Below the pieces are notes generated by a model, which saw nothing but the letters and a program-made list of their open reading frames with translations, had not been told where the DNA came from and made no database searches. Below, piece after piece: positions 28,041 to 38,184 of a stretch of 64,000 nucleotides of DNA (the stretch's first letter is position 1; the number at the start of each line of letters is the position of its first letter). Both the position numbers and the translations under genes were made by a program. The DNA is from Sphingomicrobium sp. (lineage in GTDB: Bacteria; Pseudomonadota; Alphaproteobacteria; Sphingomonadales; Sphingomonadaceae). The stretch spans positions 16,603 through 80,602 of the forward strand of contig DASSOE010000111.1 in the NCBI GenBank assembly GCA_035700945.1, given 5' to 3'.

Positions 28041-28317
28041 GGGTTCGCCTCACCGCGTCGGCCGAAGCCGATCTCGAGCACATTTCAGATTATCTTGCTC
28101 AAATTGATCCGGAACGGGCGCGACTCACTGTCAGAGCATTGCGAGCAGCGACGAGGTGAGTGGGAGCGCTCCCGCGTGCATCTCGGCTGTTTTGACCTCG
28201 CCCGGTGTTCGGAAGAAGTCGGTCTCTCCCTATGTGGTGCTCTACGCAATCGTCGCAGACGAGGTCCGAGTGCTGCGCATCGCTCATGAGCGCAGCGATT
28301 GGGCATCGCTCGTCTGA
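28037..28317 (+). pseudogene. ParE/RelE-family toxin, disrupted
   Basis: MRVRLTASAEADLEHISDY... stops at TGA 28157-28159; the C-terminal half PGVRKK...YVVLY...LRIAHERSDW lies in another frame ending 28317. Confidence 0.7.
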
Positions 28318-28368
28318 AAGCGAGTAGACCGGCATCGTTTCTGAGCACGGATCGTTCGCCTCACTCGC

Positions 28369-29790
28369 ATGAACATCCAATCGTACCCGCAGCAGATCGT
28401 TGCGCAGCACGCCGAAGACGGGCTTCCCCTCCCGCGCCGGTACTGGTCGGTGGTCAGCATCTGGCTTGCGCTGACCATGGCGGTGCTCGACGGCGCGATC
28501 GCCAATGTCGCGCTGCCGGTGATCGCGCACCAACTCGGCGCTTCGCCGTCCGCGTCGGTGTGGATCATCAACGGCTACCAGCTGACGATCACCGTGCTGC
28601 TGCTGCCGCTCGCCGCGCTTGGCGACCGGATCGGCTACAAGTGCATCTACATCCCCGGCCTGGCACTGTTCACCCTCGGGTCGGTGGCATGCGCGGCGTC
28701 GGGCACCCTGCCGCTGCTGATCGCGGCACGGGTGTTCCAGGGCATTGGCGCCGCGTGCATCATGAGCATGAATGCCGCGCTGGTGCGCGCGACCTACCCG
28801 GCGAACATGCTCGGGCGCGGCATCGGCTACAACGCGATGGTCCTGTCGATGTCCGCGGCGACGGGACCGACGCTCGCGGCGCTGATCCTTAGCGTCGCCT
28901 CGTGGCACTGGCTGTTCCTCATCAACCTGCCGATAGGGGTCGCGGCGCTGGCCGTCGGCAGGAAGGCGCTTCCCGATCCGCGCGGGCACGGCGAGCCGTT
29001 CGACTGGGCATCGGCATTGCTCAGCGCGGCAATGATGGGCTGCCTTGTGTTCGGCGCCGAGATGTTCGCGCGGGAGGGCGCGGGTCTGGGCCTTGCGCTG
29101 GTACTCGCCGGACTTGGCTCCGGCGCAGCCCTGGTTTGGCGCGAGTGGGGTGTTCCCAATCCGATGATGCCGCTGGATCTGCTGCGCATCCCCATCTTCA
29201 CACTCTCGATCGCAACGTCGATCGTGAGCTTTGCTGCGCAGATGCTGGCCTATGTCGCGATCCCGTTCCTGATGCAGTCGGTGCTCGGGCGAAGCGTCTT
29301 CGCGACCGGGCTGCTGATGACTCCGTGGCCGATCGCGGTCGGGATCGCCGCGCCGTTCGCGGGTCGGCTCGCCGATCGCGTGCCCTCCGGCCTGCTCGGC
29401 GGGATCGGCCTCGCCGTCTTCGCCGTCGGCTTGTTCTTCCTCTCTCGCCTCGGCGCATCGCCGGGAAATTTCGACATCGCCTGGCGAATGGCGGTGTGCG
29501 GTCTCGGCTTCGGCCTGTTCCAGTCACCCAATAACCGCACCATGCTCAGCGCCGCGCCAAAGCCGCGCTCCGGCGCCGCCGGCGGGATGCTGGCGACGGC
29601 GCGGCTGCTCGGTCAGACCACGGGCACGGTCGCCGTCGGGCTCGCGTTCCATCTCGCCGGCGTGCGGGTCACCCCGACGCTGCTGCTCGCCGCCTCGATC
29701 GTCGCGCTCGTCGCCGCCGGGGTCAGCATGCTGCGGCTTCGCGTGGAGCCTCCGGGACGCATCGCGGTCTACCGGCCCATCCTGGACTAG
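28369..29790 (+). CDS. MFS transporter, DHA2 family (YebQ-like)
   Basis: LDGAIANVALP, LGDRIG, WLFLINLPIG, FQSPNN; 14-TM pattern. Confidence 0.88.
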   Translation: MNIQSYPQQIVAQHAEDGLPLPRRYWSVVSIWLALTMAVLDGAIANVALPVIAHQLGASPSASVWIINGYQLTITVLLLPLAALGDRIGYKCIYIPGLALFTLGSVACAASGTLPLLIAARVFQGIGAACIMSMNAALVRATYPANMLGRGIGYNAMVLSMSAATGPTLAALILSVASWHWLFLINLPIGVAALAVGRKALPDPRGHGEPFDWASALLSAAMMGCLVFGAEMFAREGAGLGLALVLAGLGSGAALVWREWGVPNPMMPLDLLRIPIFTLSIATSIVSFAAQMLAYVAIPFLMQSVLGRSVFATGLLMTPWPIAVGIAAPFAGRLADRVPSGLLGGIGLAVFAVGLFFLSRLGASPGNFDIAWRMAVCGLGFGLFQSPNNRTMLSAAPKPRSGAAGGMLATARLLGQTTGTVAVGLAFHLAGVRVTPTLLLAASIVALVAAGVSMLRLRVEPPGRIAVYRPILD

Positions 29791-30800
29791 CCGCGAGACC
29801 GCCGACGGCCGACGATCGTCAGGGCGATGGCCATAAGAGCCGCTGAGCCCGCGAGCGGCAGCCAGGGACTGCGGCGATCCTGGTGCGCGCTTTCGGGCAC
29901 CCGAGACGCGGTCCCGGTGGTAGGGGGCGGCTTTACCTCCGGTTCCCTCTCGTCATGGCCTGGCATCGGCTTGTGTGCGTCGCGCGGCCTCGCCGCGGCC
30001 GCTTGCAGCGGCTCTTTGGACTCGCGGAGGGTCAGCCGGTAGGCGGCACGGCCATCGGTCACGACGCCGCTGATCGGCTGGCCCGCGGCGGCGGTGCCGA
30101 GTCCGCTGATCACCAAGGCTCCATTGGACTGTTCAACTTGCCCGCTCGCGGTGTCGAATGCTCCAGGCTGCTCGGCGAAGAAGCGGGTGGTTTGAGCGCG
30201 TAGCCTCAGGGATCCGGGCAACAGGAGGCGAATCGAGTTGCCGTCGCGCACGAAACTTCCCCCCGACGCGGCGCGAGGCAGCTTGTCCGCCGCGCGATCC
30301 AGCGAGGCCCACTCGGCGCCCTTCGCACCTTGGCCGGCGGTCAGGTCGAGGCGCAGCCTGGCGCGGAGCGGGACGCACTGGGTGGCGGTGCACGCCGCCC
30401 AGCTCAGGTCGGCGACGAGCGGAATGGCTGTGCCTTCGGGGAGCGACTCGGGCATGCTCATCCGCGCGAGCAGGATATGGTCGCCCTCGTGAACGTAACT
30501 GTCGATTCCCTCCTCGCTCAGCAGCGAAGGCGCGGGGTGCAGGAGTGGACCGAAGCTGACGCCGCCGGGGGCGCTCCACCGGACGGTTGTCGCAATTCCG
30601 CTGTCTCCCGGGTTGCTCCAGTACCCATGCCAACCGGCGCGGGGCGTCATACGGATTCCGACCAGGACAGTGCTGCCGGGTGCGGGCTCGAGTGTCTCGG
30701 CGATCAACTCGGCGGGCATGTAGCGCGCCGGGTCGGCCGCGGCCGAAGCGATGGCGGGCGCCAGCAGCACCAGCACGAACAGGGCAAGTCGGCGCAGCAT
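29787..30800 (-). CDS. DsbD/ScsB N-terminal-like domain protein with a single C-terminal TM anchor
   Basis: GWHGYWSNPGDSG, CTATQC, Pro-rich linker, TM plus RRRSRG tail; no multi-TM DsbD core. Confidence 0.7.
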   Translation of the reverse strand: MLRRLALFVLVLLAPAIASAAADPARYMPAELIAETLEPAPGSTVLVGIRMTPRAGWHGYWSNPGDSGIATTVRWSAPGGVSFGPLLHPAPSLLSEEGIDSYVHEGDHILLARMSMPESLPEGTAIPLVADLSWAACTATQCVPLRARLRLDLTAGQGAKGAEWASLDRAADKLPRAASGGSFVRDGNSIRLLLPGSLRLRAQTTRFFAEQPGAFDTASGQVEQSNGALVISGLGTAAAGQPISGVVTDGRAAYRLTLRESKEPLQAAAARPRDAHKPMPGHDEREPEVKPPPTTGTASRVPESAHQDRRSPWLPLAGSAALMAIALTIVGRRRSRG

Positions 30801-30803
30801 CGG

Positions 30804-31472
30804 CTATTGGCCGGACCCGCTCTCCTTCGCGAGGATACCGGGGCGCGCCTCCTTCACCGACTCCCGAAGCTGGTCGAGCGTCATTCCGCCGAAGCTCTGG
30901 ACCTCGCCGATGATGAAGCCCGGCGTGCCGTCTAGGCCGAGCAGCTGCGCCTGCTGGTCGTTGCGCGCGAGCAGATCCTCGATGTCCTCGGAGTGATCGA
31001 CCATGTCCTTCTTGAGCCGCTCCCAATCCACGCCGGCCTTGCGCGCGGCGGCATCGACTTTTTCGTTGGTGAGCGGGCGCTCAGTCTCGAACAGCGCGTC
31101 GTGGACCGCGAAATACTTACCCTGGAACTTGCTTGCGATCGCGATCAGCGCCGCGTGCTCCGACGCGGCGCCGAAGATCGGCCAGTCGCGGAAAATCACG
31201 CGGACCTTCTTGTCCTCGGCGAGCAGCTTCTTGAGCGGCCCATGAGTCGCTCGGCAGGCCGGGCACTGATAGTCCATGTACTGGACGATGGTGACGTCGT
31301 AGCCTTGGGGCGCGATCATCGGCGCGTCCGGATCTTCGGTGAAATAGCGTCGGGCTTCTTCGGTGGGCACGTCGGGTCCGGGCGCCGGAACCGCCGTCGC
31401 CGCCGCTTGCGCCGAGATTGTTAGTGCGGAGACCGCAAGGACAAGCGAGCGCATGTGCCGTTTCAACTTCAT
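30804..31472 (-). CDS. DsbA/ScsC (Com1-like) periplasmic thioredoxin-fold protein
   Basis: GGAG RBS, signal peptide, DYQCPAC, RDWPIFG, cis-Pro GTPGFIIG. Confidence 0.85.
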   Translation of the reverse strand: MKLKRHMRSLVLAVSALTISAQAAATAVPAPGPDVPTEEARRYFTEDPDAPMIAPQGYDVTIVQYMDYQCPACRATHGPLKKLLAEDKKVRVIFRDWPIFGAASEHAALIAIASKFQGKYFAVHDALFETERPLTNEKVDAAARKAGVDWERLKKDMVDHSEDIEDLLARNDQQAQLLGLDGTPGFIIGEVQSFGGMTLDQLRESVKEARPGILAKESGSGQ

Positions 31473-31637
31473 TCTCCAGGGGGATGCAGGCCGGTCAGCC
31501 AACCATCTCGACAATGGCCAAGAGGCGGTGGATTGCAATTGGAAACGGATCAATGTCGACGGGCCGTGCCCTTCGGGAGGTCGCTTGCGGCGCGGCAAGG
31601 GCTTTCATCGCGTCGGCCCCTTCGCTAGCGCCTTGGC

Positions 31638-32159
31638 ATGACCGCGCTGGACGTCTTCGTGTTCCTGCTGCTGATCGGCGGCGCAGCCGTCGGCTTCGTG
31701 CGCGGCTTCGTCCATGAGGTCGTGTCGCTTCTCGCCTGGGTGGTCGGCATCGCCATGCTCAAGCTGTTCCACACCCAGCTGTGGACCGGCCTCGACAATT
31801 CGTTCGACACGAGCCCCGCCGCCGGCGCCGTGCTCGCCTTCGCGCTGCTGTTCATCCCCAGCTTCCTGCTGGTCAAGCTGCTCGCCCGCTCGATCGGTGG
31901 GCGGACGCGGCGTCATGCGGTGCTCGGGCCATTCGACCGCACGCTTGGCGGCGGGTTCGGCCTGCTCAAGGGGCTGCTCGGCGCGACGCTCTTCTTCCTC
32001 CTCGCGAACCTCGCCACGGACATGGTGTACGGGCCGCAGGCCGACCGACCGCAGTGGATGACCAAATCCCGCACCTATTCGCTGCTCAACGCCAGCGGCC
32101 GCTCGATCGTCGACTGGGTCGAGGCACGGCGTGGCCACCCCAAGGTCGAGGAGGAATGA
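31638..32159 (+). CDS. cvpA: CvpA family membrane protein
   Basis: [26 protein letters not shown]. Confidence 0.88.
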   Translation: MTALDVFVFLLLIGGAAVGFVRGFVHEVVSLLAWVVGIAMLKLFHTQLWTGLDNSFDTSPAAGAVLAFALLFIPSFLLVKLLARSIGGRTRRHAVLGPFDRTLGGGFGLLKGLLGATLFFLLANLATDMVYGPQADRPQWMTKSRTYSLLNASGRSIVDWVEARRGHPKVEEE

Positions 32160-33466
32160 TCCGCCTTTACGATACGATGGCGCGCGAGAAGCGGCCGTTC
32201 GTGCCCGCCAACCGCAACCGCATCACCATGTATGTCTGTGGCCCCACGGTGTACGGCCGCGCGCACATCGGCAATGCGCGGCCGGCGGTGGTGTTCGACA
32301 CGCTTGCGCGGCTGATCCGCCACGAATTCGGCGAGAACAGCCTCGTCTATGCCCGCAACGTCACCGACGTCGACGACAAGATCATCGCCGCGGCGGAAGC
32401 GGAGGGCGTCGACCCGTCCGTGATCACGGAACGCTACGAGCGCCACTATCTCGAGGACATGGGCGCGCTCGGCGTCGCGCCGCCGACGATCGCGCCGCAT
32501 GCGACTCAGGAAATCGGCCCGATGGTCGCGATGATCGCGCGGCTGGTCGAGCTCGGCCACGCCTACGAAGCGCAGGGGCACGTGCTCTTCTCGGTGCCTA
32601 GCGATCCCGGCTACGGCGCGCTCAGCCGCCGCGACCGGGAGCAGATGATCGCCGGCGCCCGCGTCGAGGTGGCGCCGTATAAGCGCGATCCCGCCGACTT
32701 CGTGCTGTGGAAGCCGAGCGGCGAGGGGGTGATCGGCTGGGACTCGCCATGGGGGCGAGGACGGCCCGGATGGCACATCGAGTGCTCGGCGATGATCAAG
32801 GCGCATCTTGGCGAAACCATCGACATCCACGGCGGCGGGCTCGACCTGGTCTTTCCGCACCACGAGAACGAGATGGCGCAGAGCCGCTGCGCGCACGGCG
32901 GGCTGCCGCTCGCGCGCTTCTGGGTGCACAACGGCTTCGTCGACATGGGCGCCGAGAAGATGTCCAAGAGTCTCGGCAACATCGTCACGCCCGCGGAGCT
33001 GCTGGCGCAGGGGCATCGCGGCGAGACGCTCCGCCTCGCCTTGCTGTCGGCGCACTACCGTTCGCCGTTGCCCTGGACCGACGCACTGATCGAGCAATCG
33101 AAGGCGATTCTCGACCGGCTGTACCGTACCGCCGGTGATGCGGTGCCCGGACAAATCGATCCTGAAGTGATTGAAGCGCTTTCTGATGATCTCAACACCC
33201 CCGCCGCGCTTGCCCGGCTGCAGGCAATCGACGACGCCGCCACGTTGAAGGCAAGCGCGAGCCTGCTCGGCCTCTTGTCGGTGACAGCCAATGATTGGTT
33301 CCGCGGCGGCGCGGACGACGGTGCGATCGAGGATCGGATCGCCGAACGCGCCGCCGCGAAGAAGACGCGCGATTTCGCAACCGCCGATCGGATCCGTGAC
33401 GAGCTCAAGGCGGATGGCATCGTCTTGGAGGACGGGCCCGGCGGCACCACATGGCGCCGCGAATGA
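32156..33466 (+). CDS. cysS: cysteine--tRNA ligase
   Basis: [35 protein letters not shown]; start trimmed to MIRLYDT (ATGA overlap). Confidence 0.97.
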   Translation: MIRLYDTMAREKRPFVPANRNRITMYVCGPTVYGRAHIGNARPAVVFDTLARLIRHEFGENSLVYARNVTDVDDKIIAAAEAEGVDPSVITERYERHYLEDMGALGVAPPTIAPHATQEIGPMVAMIARLVELGHAYEAQGHVLFSVPSDPGYGALSRRDREQMIAGARVEVAPYKRDPADFVLWKPSGEGVIGWDSPWGRGRPGWHIECSAMIKAHLGETIDIHGGGLDLVFPHHENEMAQSRCAHGGLPLARFWVHNGFVDMGAEKMSKSLGNIVTPAELLAQGHRGETLRLALLSAHYRSPLPWTDALIEQSKAILDRLYRTAGDAVPGQIDPEVIEALSDDLNTPAALARLQAIDDAATLKASASLLGLLSVTANDWFRGGADDGAIEDRIAERAAAKKTRDFATADRIRDELKADGIVLEDGPGGTTWRRE

Positions 33467-33885
33467 CGGAGCCGCTCTACACGACCGAAATTCTGCGCCT
33501 CGCCGCCTCGCTCAGCGAGCCGCGCGAGCTCGACCGGATCGACGGCTGGGCCGAGCTGCGCTCGCCGACCTGCGGCAGCCGGATAAGCACCGCCGTCCAG
33601 CTCGACGGCGAGCGCCGAATCGAGGCCGTTTCCCAGTGGGTGCATGCCTGCGCCTTCGGCCAGGCGTCCGCCGCCCTGCTCGAACGGCACGCGGTCGGCC
33701 GCGCGCACGGCGACGTCGGCAATGCGCTGATCCTGCTCAGCCGCTGGCTGGCGCGGGAGCAGGAGGAAGCCGGGGACTGGCCGGGGCTGCTTGAGCTCGC
33801 GCCCGCTCGGCATCGCAAGTCGCGGCACGGCGCCATCCTCCTGCCCTTCCGTGCACTTGCCGCGGCGATCGAGTCGGCGCGGTGA
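33463..33885 (+). CDS. NifU/IscU-like N-terminal scaffold-domain protein
   Basis: [27 protein letters not shown]. Confidence 0.8.
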   Translation: MTEPLYTTEILRLAASLSEPRELDRIDGWAELRSPTCGSRISTAVQLDGERRIEAVSQWVHACAFGQASAALLERHAVGRAHGDVGNALILLSRWLAREQEEAGDWPGLLELAPARHRKSRHGAILLPFRALAAAIESAR

Positions 33886-35681
33886 ACCCAGCGGACGGCA
33901 CCGCACAGGCGGCCGCCGCAATCCTCCAGAGCGGCGCCATCATGCTCGGCGCCGCGCTCGTCTTCGTCACCTTGTTCCGCCGGCTGAGGCTCGGCGCGAC
34001 GCTCGGCTATATCGTCGCCGGCGCGCTGATCGGCCCGCAGGTCCTCGGCCTGATCGGCGACCCCGAGGAGCTGACCAGCGTCACCGAGATCGGAATCGCG
34101 CTGCTGCTATTCATCGTCGGGCTCGAGCTTCGGCCGGCGCGGCTTTGGCGCTTGCGGAAAGACATTTTCGGCCTCGGCCTCGCGCAGGTGGTGCTCTGTG
34201 GCCTCGCGATCAGCGCGCTTGCCTATCTGGCGCTCGGAATCTCGATCCAGGCCGCACTGGCGATCGGCTTGCCCCTGGGGCTCTCGTCGACGGCGCAGGT
34301 GTTGCCGATGCTCCGCTCGGACAACGATCTGAACACGCCCCAGGGCGAGCGCGCTTTCTCGATCCTGCTGTTCCAGGATCTCGCGATCGTGCCGATGATC
34401 ACGATCATCGCGGCGATGGCGCGCACTCCGCCCGATCCGAGCGCGCCCGTCGGCCTCGCCCTGGCGCTCTACACATTGCTGGCGGTGATCGGGCTGGTGC
34501 TGGTCGGCCGCTTCGTCCTCAATCCCCTGTTCCGGCTGGTGGGGCGTCTCGGCGAGCGCGAGCTGTTCGTCGTCGCCGGCCTGTTCACCGTGGTCGGCGC
34601 CGCGGCGGTCATGCACGCGCTTCACCTCTCGGTGCCGCTCGGCGCCTTCGTCGCCGGCGTGATGCTCGCCGAATCGCCGTATCGGCACGAGCTCGAAAGC
34701 GACGTCGAGCCGTTCCGCTCGATCCTTCTCGGGCTGTTCTTCCTCTCCGTCGGGATGTTGCTCGACCTGACCGTCGTCGCCGCTCGGCCCTTGTTCGTGA
34801 TCGGGCTCGCCGTCGCCGTCATCGCAACGAAGACGATCCTGATCACGTTGCTCAGCCGCGCCTTCAGGTCGAGCTGGACTCGGAGCTTCCGTCTCGGGCT
34901 GCTGCTCAGTCAGGCCGGCGAGTTCGGATTCGTGCTCTTCGCCCAGGCGACCGCGGCCCTGCTGATCACGCCCGAGGCCGCTGCGCTGTTCGGAGCCGTA
35001 GTCACGCTGTCGATGGCGGCAACGCCCTTCCTCATGCGCCTGACCGACTGGCTCGAGCGCCGCGAGGAACGCGGCTCGGCCGATCTCGACGGACCGGAGC
35101 TTTCGCCGGAGACCAGCGCGATCGTGGTTGGCTACGGGCGCTTCGGCCAGACCGTGACCCAAATGCTCCAGGCCAAGCGCATCGGCGTCACGATCATCGA
35201 CAAGAAGCCGAGTCAGATCGAGCTGTCGGGGGAATTCGGGACCAAGGTCTATTACGGCGACGGCTTGCGGCTCGACCTGTTGCGCGCGGCCGGTGCGGAA
35301 ACCGCCAAGGTCATCGCCTTCTGCAACGACAATGAAGGCGGCGAGCTGTCGCGGAGCGCGGTGAAGGCGGTGCTCGAAGCATTTCCCCAGGCGTCGGTGA
35401 TGGTCCGCGCCTTCGACCGGCGCCATCTGATCGAGTTGCGCGGCCTCGACCTCGTCCTCGCCGAGCGCGAGCTGTTCGAAAGCGCCGTGGTGATGGGCAA
35501 GGCTGCGCTTCGCGCGAGCGGAATCCCGGCCGCGGAGGTGGAGCGCGTCGACCACGAATACCGGATGCGCGACTGTGACCGGCTCGAGCGGCAGCGCCAG
35601 ACCGGGGACATTCGCGCCGGCTGGGAAACATCGTTCGGCGAAGAGCGGCCCTTGCCCGACAAGGAGGCGACGCCGGCCTAA
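33882..35681 (+). CDS. kefB: KefB/KefC-type CPA2 K+ efflux antiporter with KTN domain
   Basis: SSTAQVL, LLFQDLA, YRHELESDVEPF, QAGEFGFV, GYGRFGQ, YYGDGLRLDLL. Confidence 0.85.
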   Translation: MNPADGTAQAAAAILQSGAIMLGAALVFVTLFRRLRLGATLGYIVAGALIGPQVLGLIGDPEELTSVTEIGIALLLFIVGLELRPARLWRLRKDIFGLGLAQVVLCGLAISALAYLALGISIQAALAIGLPLGLSSTAQVLPMLRSDNDLNTPQGERAFSILLFQDLAIVPMITIIAAMARTPPDPSAPVGLALALYTLLAVIGLVLVGRFVLNPLFRLVGRLGERELFVVAGLFTVVGAAAVMHALHLSVPLGAFVAGVMLAESPYRHELESDVEPFRSILLGLFFLSVGMLLDLTVVAARPLFVIGLAVAVIATKTILITLLSRAFRSSWTRSFRLGLLLSQAGEFGFVLFAQATAALLITPEAAALFGAVVTLSMAATPFLMRLTDWLERREERGSADLDGPELSPETSAIVVGYGRFGQTVTQMLQAKRIGVTIIDKKPSQIELSGEFGTKVYYGDGLRLDLLRAAGAETAKVIAFCNDNEGGELSRSAVKAVLEAFPQASVMVRAFDRRHLIELRGLDLVLAERELFESAVVMGKAALRASGIPAAEVERVDHEYRMRDCDRLERQRQTGDIRAGWETSFGEERPLPDKEATPA

Positions 35682-36223
35682 GGCTTTGCTGCGAGGAAAT
35701 CGTCAAGCGCGCGGAGGATCGAATCGACGACATCCTTGTGCGCCCCGGCGCCGCTCTTCACGTGGATGTGCGCCTGCTCGTACGCCGAGCGGCGCTCGCC
35801 CGACAGCCGTTCCAGAGTCGCCTTGGGATCGCCGTTCCTGAGCTGGGCGCGCGTGTCCCGGCGCGACGTTCGTTCGGCGAGGATGTCGACCGGCGCATCG
35901 AGCCAGATGGTGATGGCCCGCTCGTTCAGCAGCTCGCGCGTGCGTGGATCGACGTAGGCGCCGCCGCCGGTGGCGATGACGCGCATATTTCCCTCATCGA
36001 CCAGGCGCGCCACCAGCCGCCGCTCACCGTCGCGGAAATCGTGCTCGCCGTAGCGCTCGAACACCTCGGCGGGCGTGAGGCCGGCGGCGTCCTGGATAGC
36101 GGCGTCGCTGTCGACGAACGGCAGCCCGAGCCGCCGCGCGAGGCGCCGTCCGACCGTCGACTTGCCAACTCCCATCAGCCCGACCAGCACGATCGGCCGG
36201 TCGAGACGTTTCGCCAGATCCAT
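35678..36223 (-). CDS. aroK: shikimate kinase
   Basis: GLMGVGKST, DSDAAI, FRDGE, IATGGG. Confidence 0.93.
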   Translation of the reverse strand: MDLAKRLDRPIVLVGLMGVGKSTVGRRLARRLGLPFVDSDAAIQDAAGLTPAEVFERYGEHDFRDGERRLVARLVDEGNMRVIATGGGAYVDPRTRELLNERAITIWLDAPVDILAERTSRRDTRAQLRNGDPKATLERLSGERRSAYEQAHIHVKSGAGAHKDVVDSILRALDDFLAAKP

Positions 36224-36272
36224 ACGCTTAAGGGGCTATACAGCGGCGCACCCGCTCGGCAAAAGCGGCCGC

Positions 36273-36416
36273 ATGTCGCGGTTAGTGGTGCTCATCATCC
36301 TGCTCGTCGTCATCGTCGGCGCGCTCTTCTATCTTTCTACCGTTCCCGAGGAACAGCCGACCCACACGATCGAGGTCGCGGTGCCCCAAGGGACGACGGG
36401 AGGCAATGCGCATTAA
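36273..36416 (+). CDS. 47-aa single-TM small protein
   Basis: MSRLVVLIILLVVIVGALFYLS...; overlaps the next start by 11 nt; start trimmed from the 113-aa ORF. Confidence 0.65.
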   Translation: MSRLVVLIILLVVIVGALFYLSTVPEEQPTHTIEVAVPQGTTGGNAH

Positions 36417-38184
36417 GACCCTGCTGATTGCCTCGGCTGCCGTCGCGATCGCGCTGCCCGCTATCGCGCAGCAGCTGGCGCAGACGCAACCGCCGCCGTC
36501 CAACCAATACCCCGGTGGCGGAATCGGCGCGGCCCAGCCTCAGGCGCAGCCTTCCTCTCAGCCGGGCGCATCGACTGTCGACCTTGGGGGCGGCGCCGAC
36601 GAGAGCGCGGTGGAGGTGGTCACGCCGACCAACCTGCTGCCGGCGCGGCCGATCGAGCCACCGATCGAATATCCGGGATGGGCACGACGCGACCCGTGGG
36701 TGGTCGGGAAGCTCAAACCGGCCGAGTATGGGCTCGGCGCCGATCCGTGGGGCGACACGAGCGGCGCATTCCTTTCGACGCTGATGCGGCGGATGGACAC
36801 GCCGATGGCGTCGCGCTGGGCGCATATCGCGCTTCGCAACGCGCTCCTCGCAAAGGCGCGCGCGCCGCGCGACGTACACCCGGTCGACTGGGTGGCGGAG
36901 CGCTCGTGGCTGCTCCTGCGCATGGGCGAAGCCGATGCGGCGCGAATGCTGGTCGACGCCGTCGACACCGACCGCTTCACGCCCAAGATGGTGCAGGTCG
37001 CGGTCCAGTCCGCGCTCGCCAATGCCGACGCGGCGGCGCTGTGCCCGCTGCAGAGCGGCATCAGGAAGTCCGATCCAGCGATCCGCCAGCTCGTGCAGGC
37101 GATGTGCGCATCGCTCGCTGGCGACCCCGACAGCGCCTCGGCCCAGATCGACAATGCGCGCCGTTACGGCCGCATCGGCGGGGTTGATCTCGCGCTCGCC
37201 GAGAAGGTGGTCGGAGCGGGCGGAAGCGGGCGCGCGGCCACGATCGAGTGGGAGCCGGTCGAAAGTCTCAGCGCGTGGCGCTTCGGACTTTCGGTCGGCA
37301 CCGGCATGGTCCCGCCGGACCGGCTGATCAAGGCGGCGTCGCCCCAGCTTCGCGCGTTCCAGGCGCGGGCGCCGCTGCTGTCGCCGCAGCAACGGCTGGA
37401 CTCCGCGCTGATCGCGGCGGGGCTCGGCGTTTTCTCCTCACAGAGCCTCGTCGATCTCTATTCTGCGATCTACGAAACGACCGACCCGGCCGATCTCCCT
37501 TCGACCGACGCATGGCAGCTCCGCGAGGCCTTCCTCGGTAAGGACGAAGCGACGCGGCTTGCCGCCATCCGTCACCTGCTTGGTACCGGCAAGGATGGCC
37601 TGCGCAAAGAGGCGGCGAGGGCGCTCGTCGCGCGTGCGGCGACTCTCATCACTCCCGATGCCGCGCTCGCCAAGGATGCGCCGGACCTCATCTCGGCCAT
37701 GCTTGCCGCCGGGTACGACCGCGCCGCGGCGCGCTGGATCCCTGCCGTCGGTGGGATGGACGACGAGAATGGCGACCGCTGCTGGGCGATGCTGGCGCTT
37801 GCGGCGCCGAACATCGCCGACGTCGGCAGCGGCCGGATCAACGCCTTCATTCGCCGCGACAAGAGCCCGAACAAGGTGCGCAGTGCATTGCTGGTGGCGG
37901 GGCTTGCCGGCTTGGGGCGCATCAGCACCGACACCGCGAACTCGATCAATCAGCGCCACGGGCTCGGCCTCGGGCGCACGAGCAGCTGGACGCGGATCAT
38001 CGATGCGTCAGCCGGGCGCGGCCAGGCGGGCACGGTGCTCGTGCTCGCCGGATCGGGCTTCCAGACGCCGAGCTGGAACAGGGTGCCGTCCGCCCACCTC
38101 TATCACGCGATCACCGCGCTCGAGCGCACCGGTCAAGGTTTCACCGCGCGGATGATCGCGGCCGAGGCGCTGTCGCGGACGTGA
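36406..38184 (+). CDS. conserved exported hypothetical protein (Pro/Gln-rich N-terminus, helical-repeat body)
   Basis: Signal peptide; stop overlaps xerD start (GTGA); lies in the alphaproteobacterial aroK/xerD/accA neighbourhood. Confidence 0.7.
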   Translation: MRIKTLLIASAAVAIALPAIAQQLAQTQPPPSNQYPGGGIGAAQPQAQPSSQPGASTVDLGGGADESAVEVVTPTNLLPARPIEPPIEYPGWARRDPWVVGKLKPAEYGLGADPWGDTSGAFLSTLMRRMDTPMASRWAHIALRNALLAKARAPRDVHPVDWVAERSWLLLRMGEADAARMLVDAVDTDRFTPKMVQVAVQSALANADAAALCPLQSGIRKSDPAIRQLVQAMCASLAGDPDSASAQIDNARRYGRIGGVDLALAEKVVGAGGSGRAATIEWEPVESLSAWRFGLSVGTGMVPPDRLIKAASPQLRAFQARAPLLSPQQRLDSALIAAGLGVFSSQSLVDLYSAIYETTDPADLPSTDAWQLREAFLGKDEATRLAAIRHLLGTGKDGLRKEAARALVARAATLITPDAALAKDAPDLISAMLAAGYDRAAARWIPAVGGMDDENGDRCWAMLALAAPNIADVGSGRINAFIRRDKSPNKVRSALLVAGLAGLGRISTDTANSINQRHGLGLGRTSSWTRIIDASAGRGQAGTVLVLAGSGFQTPSWNRVPSAHLYHAITALERTGQGFTARMIAAEALSRT

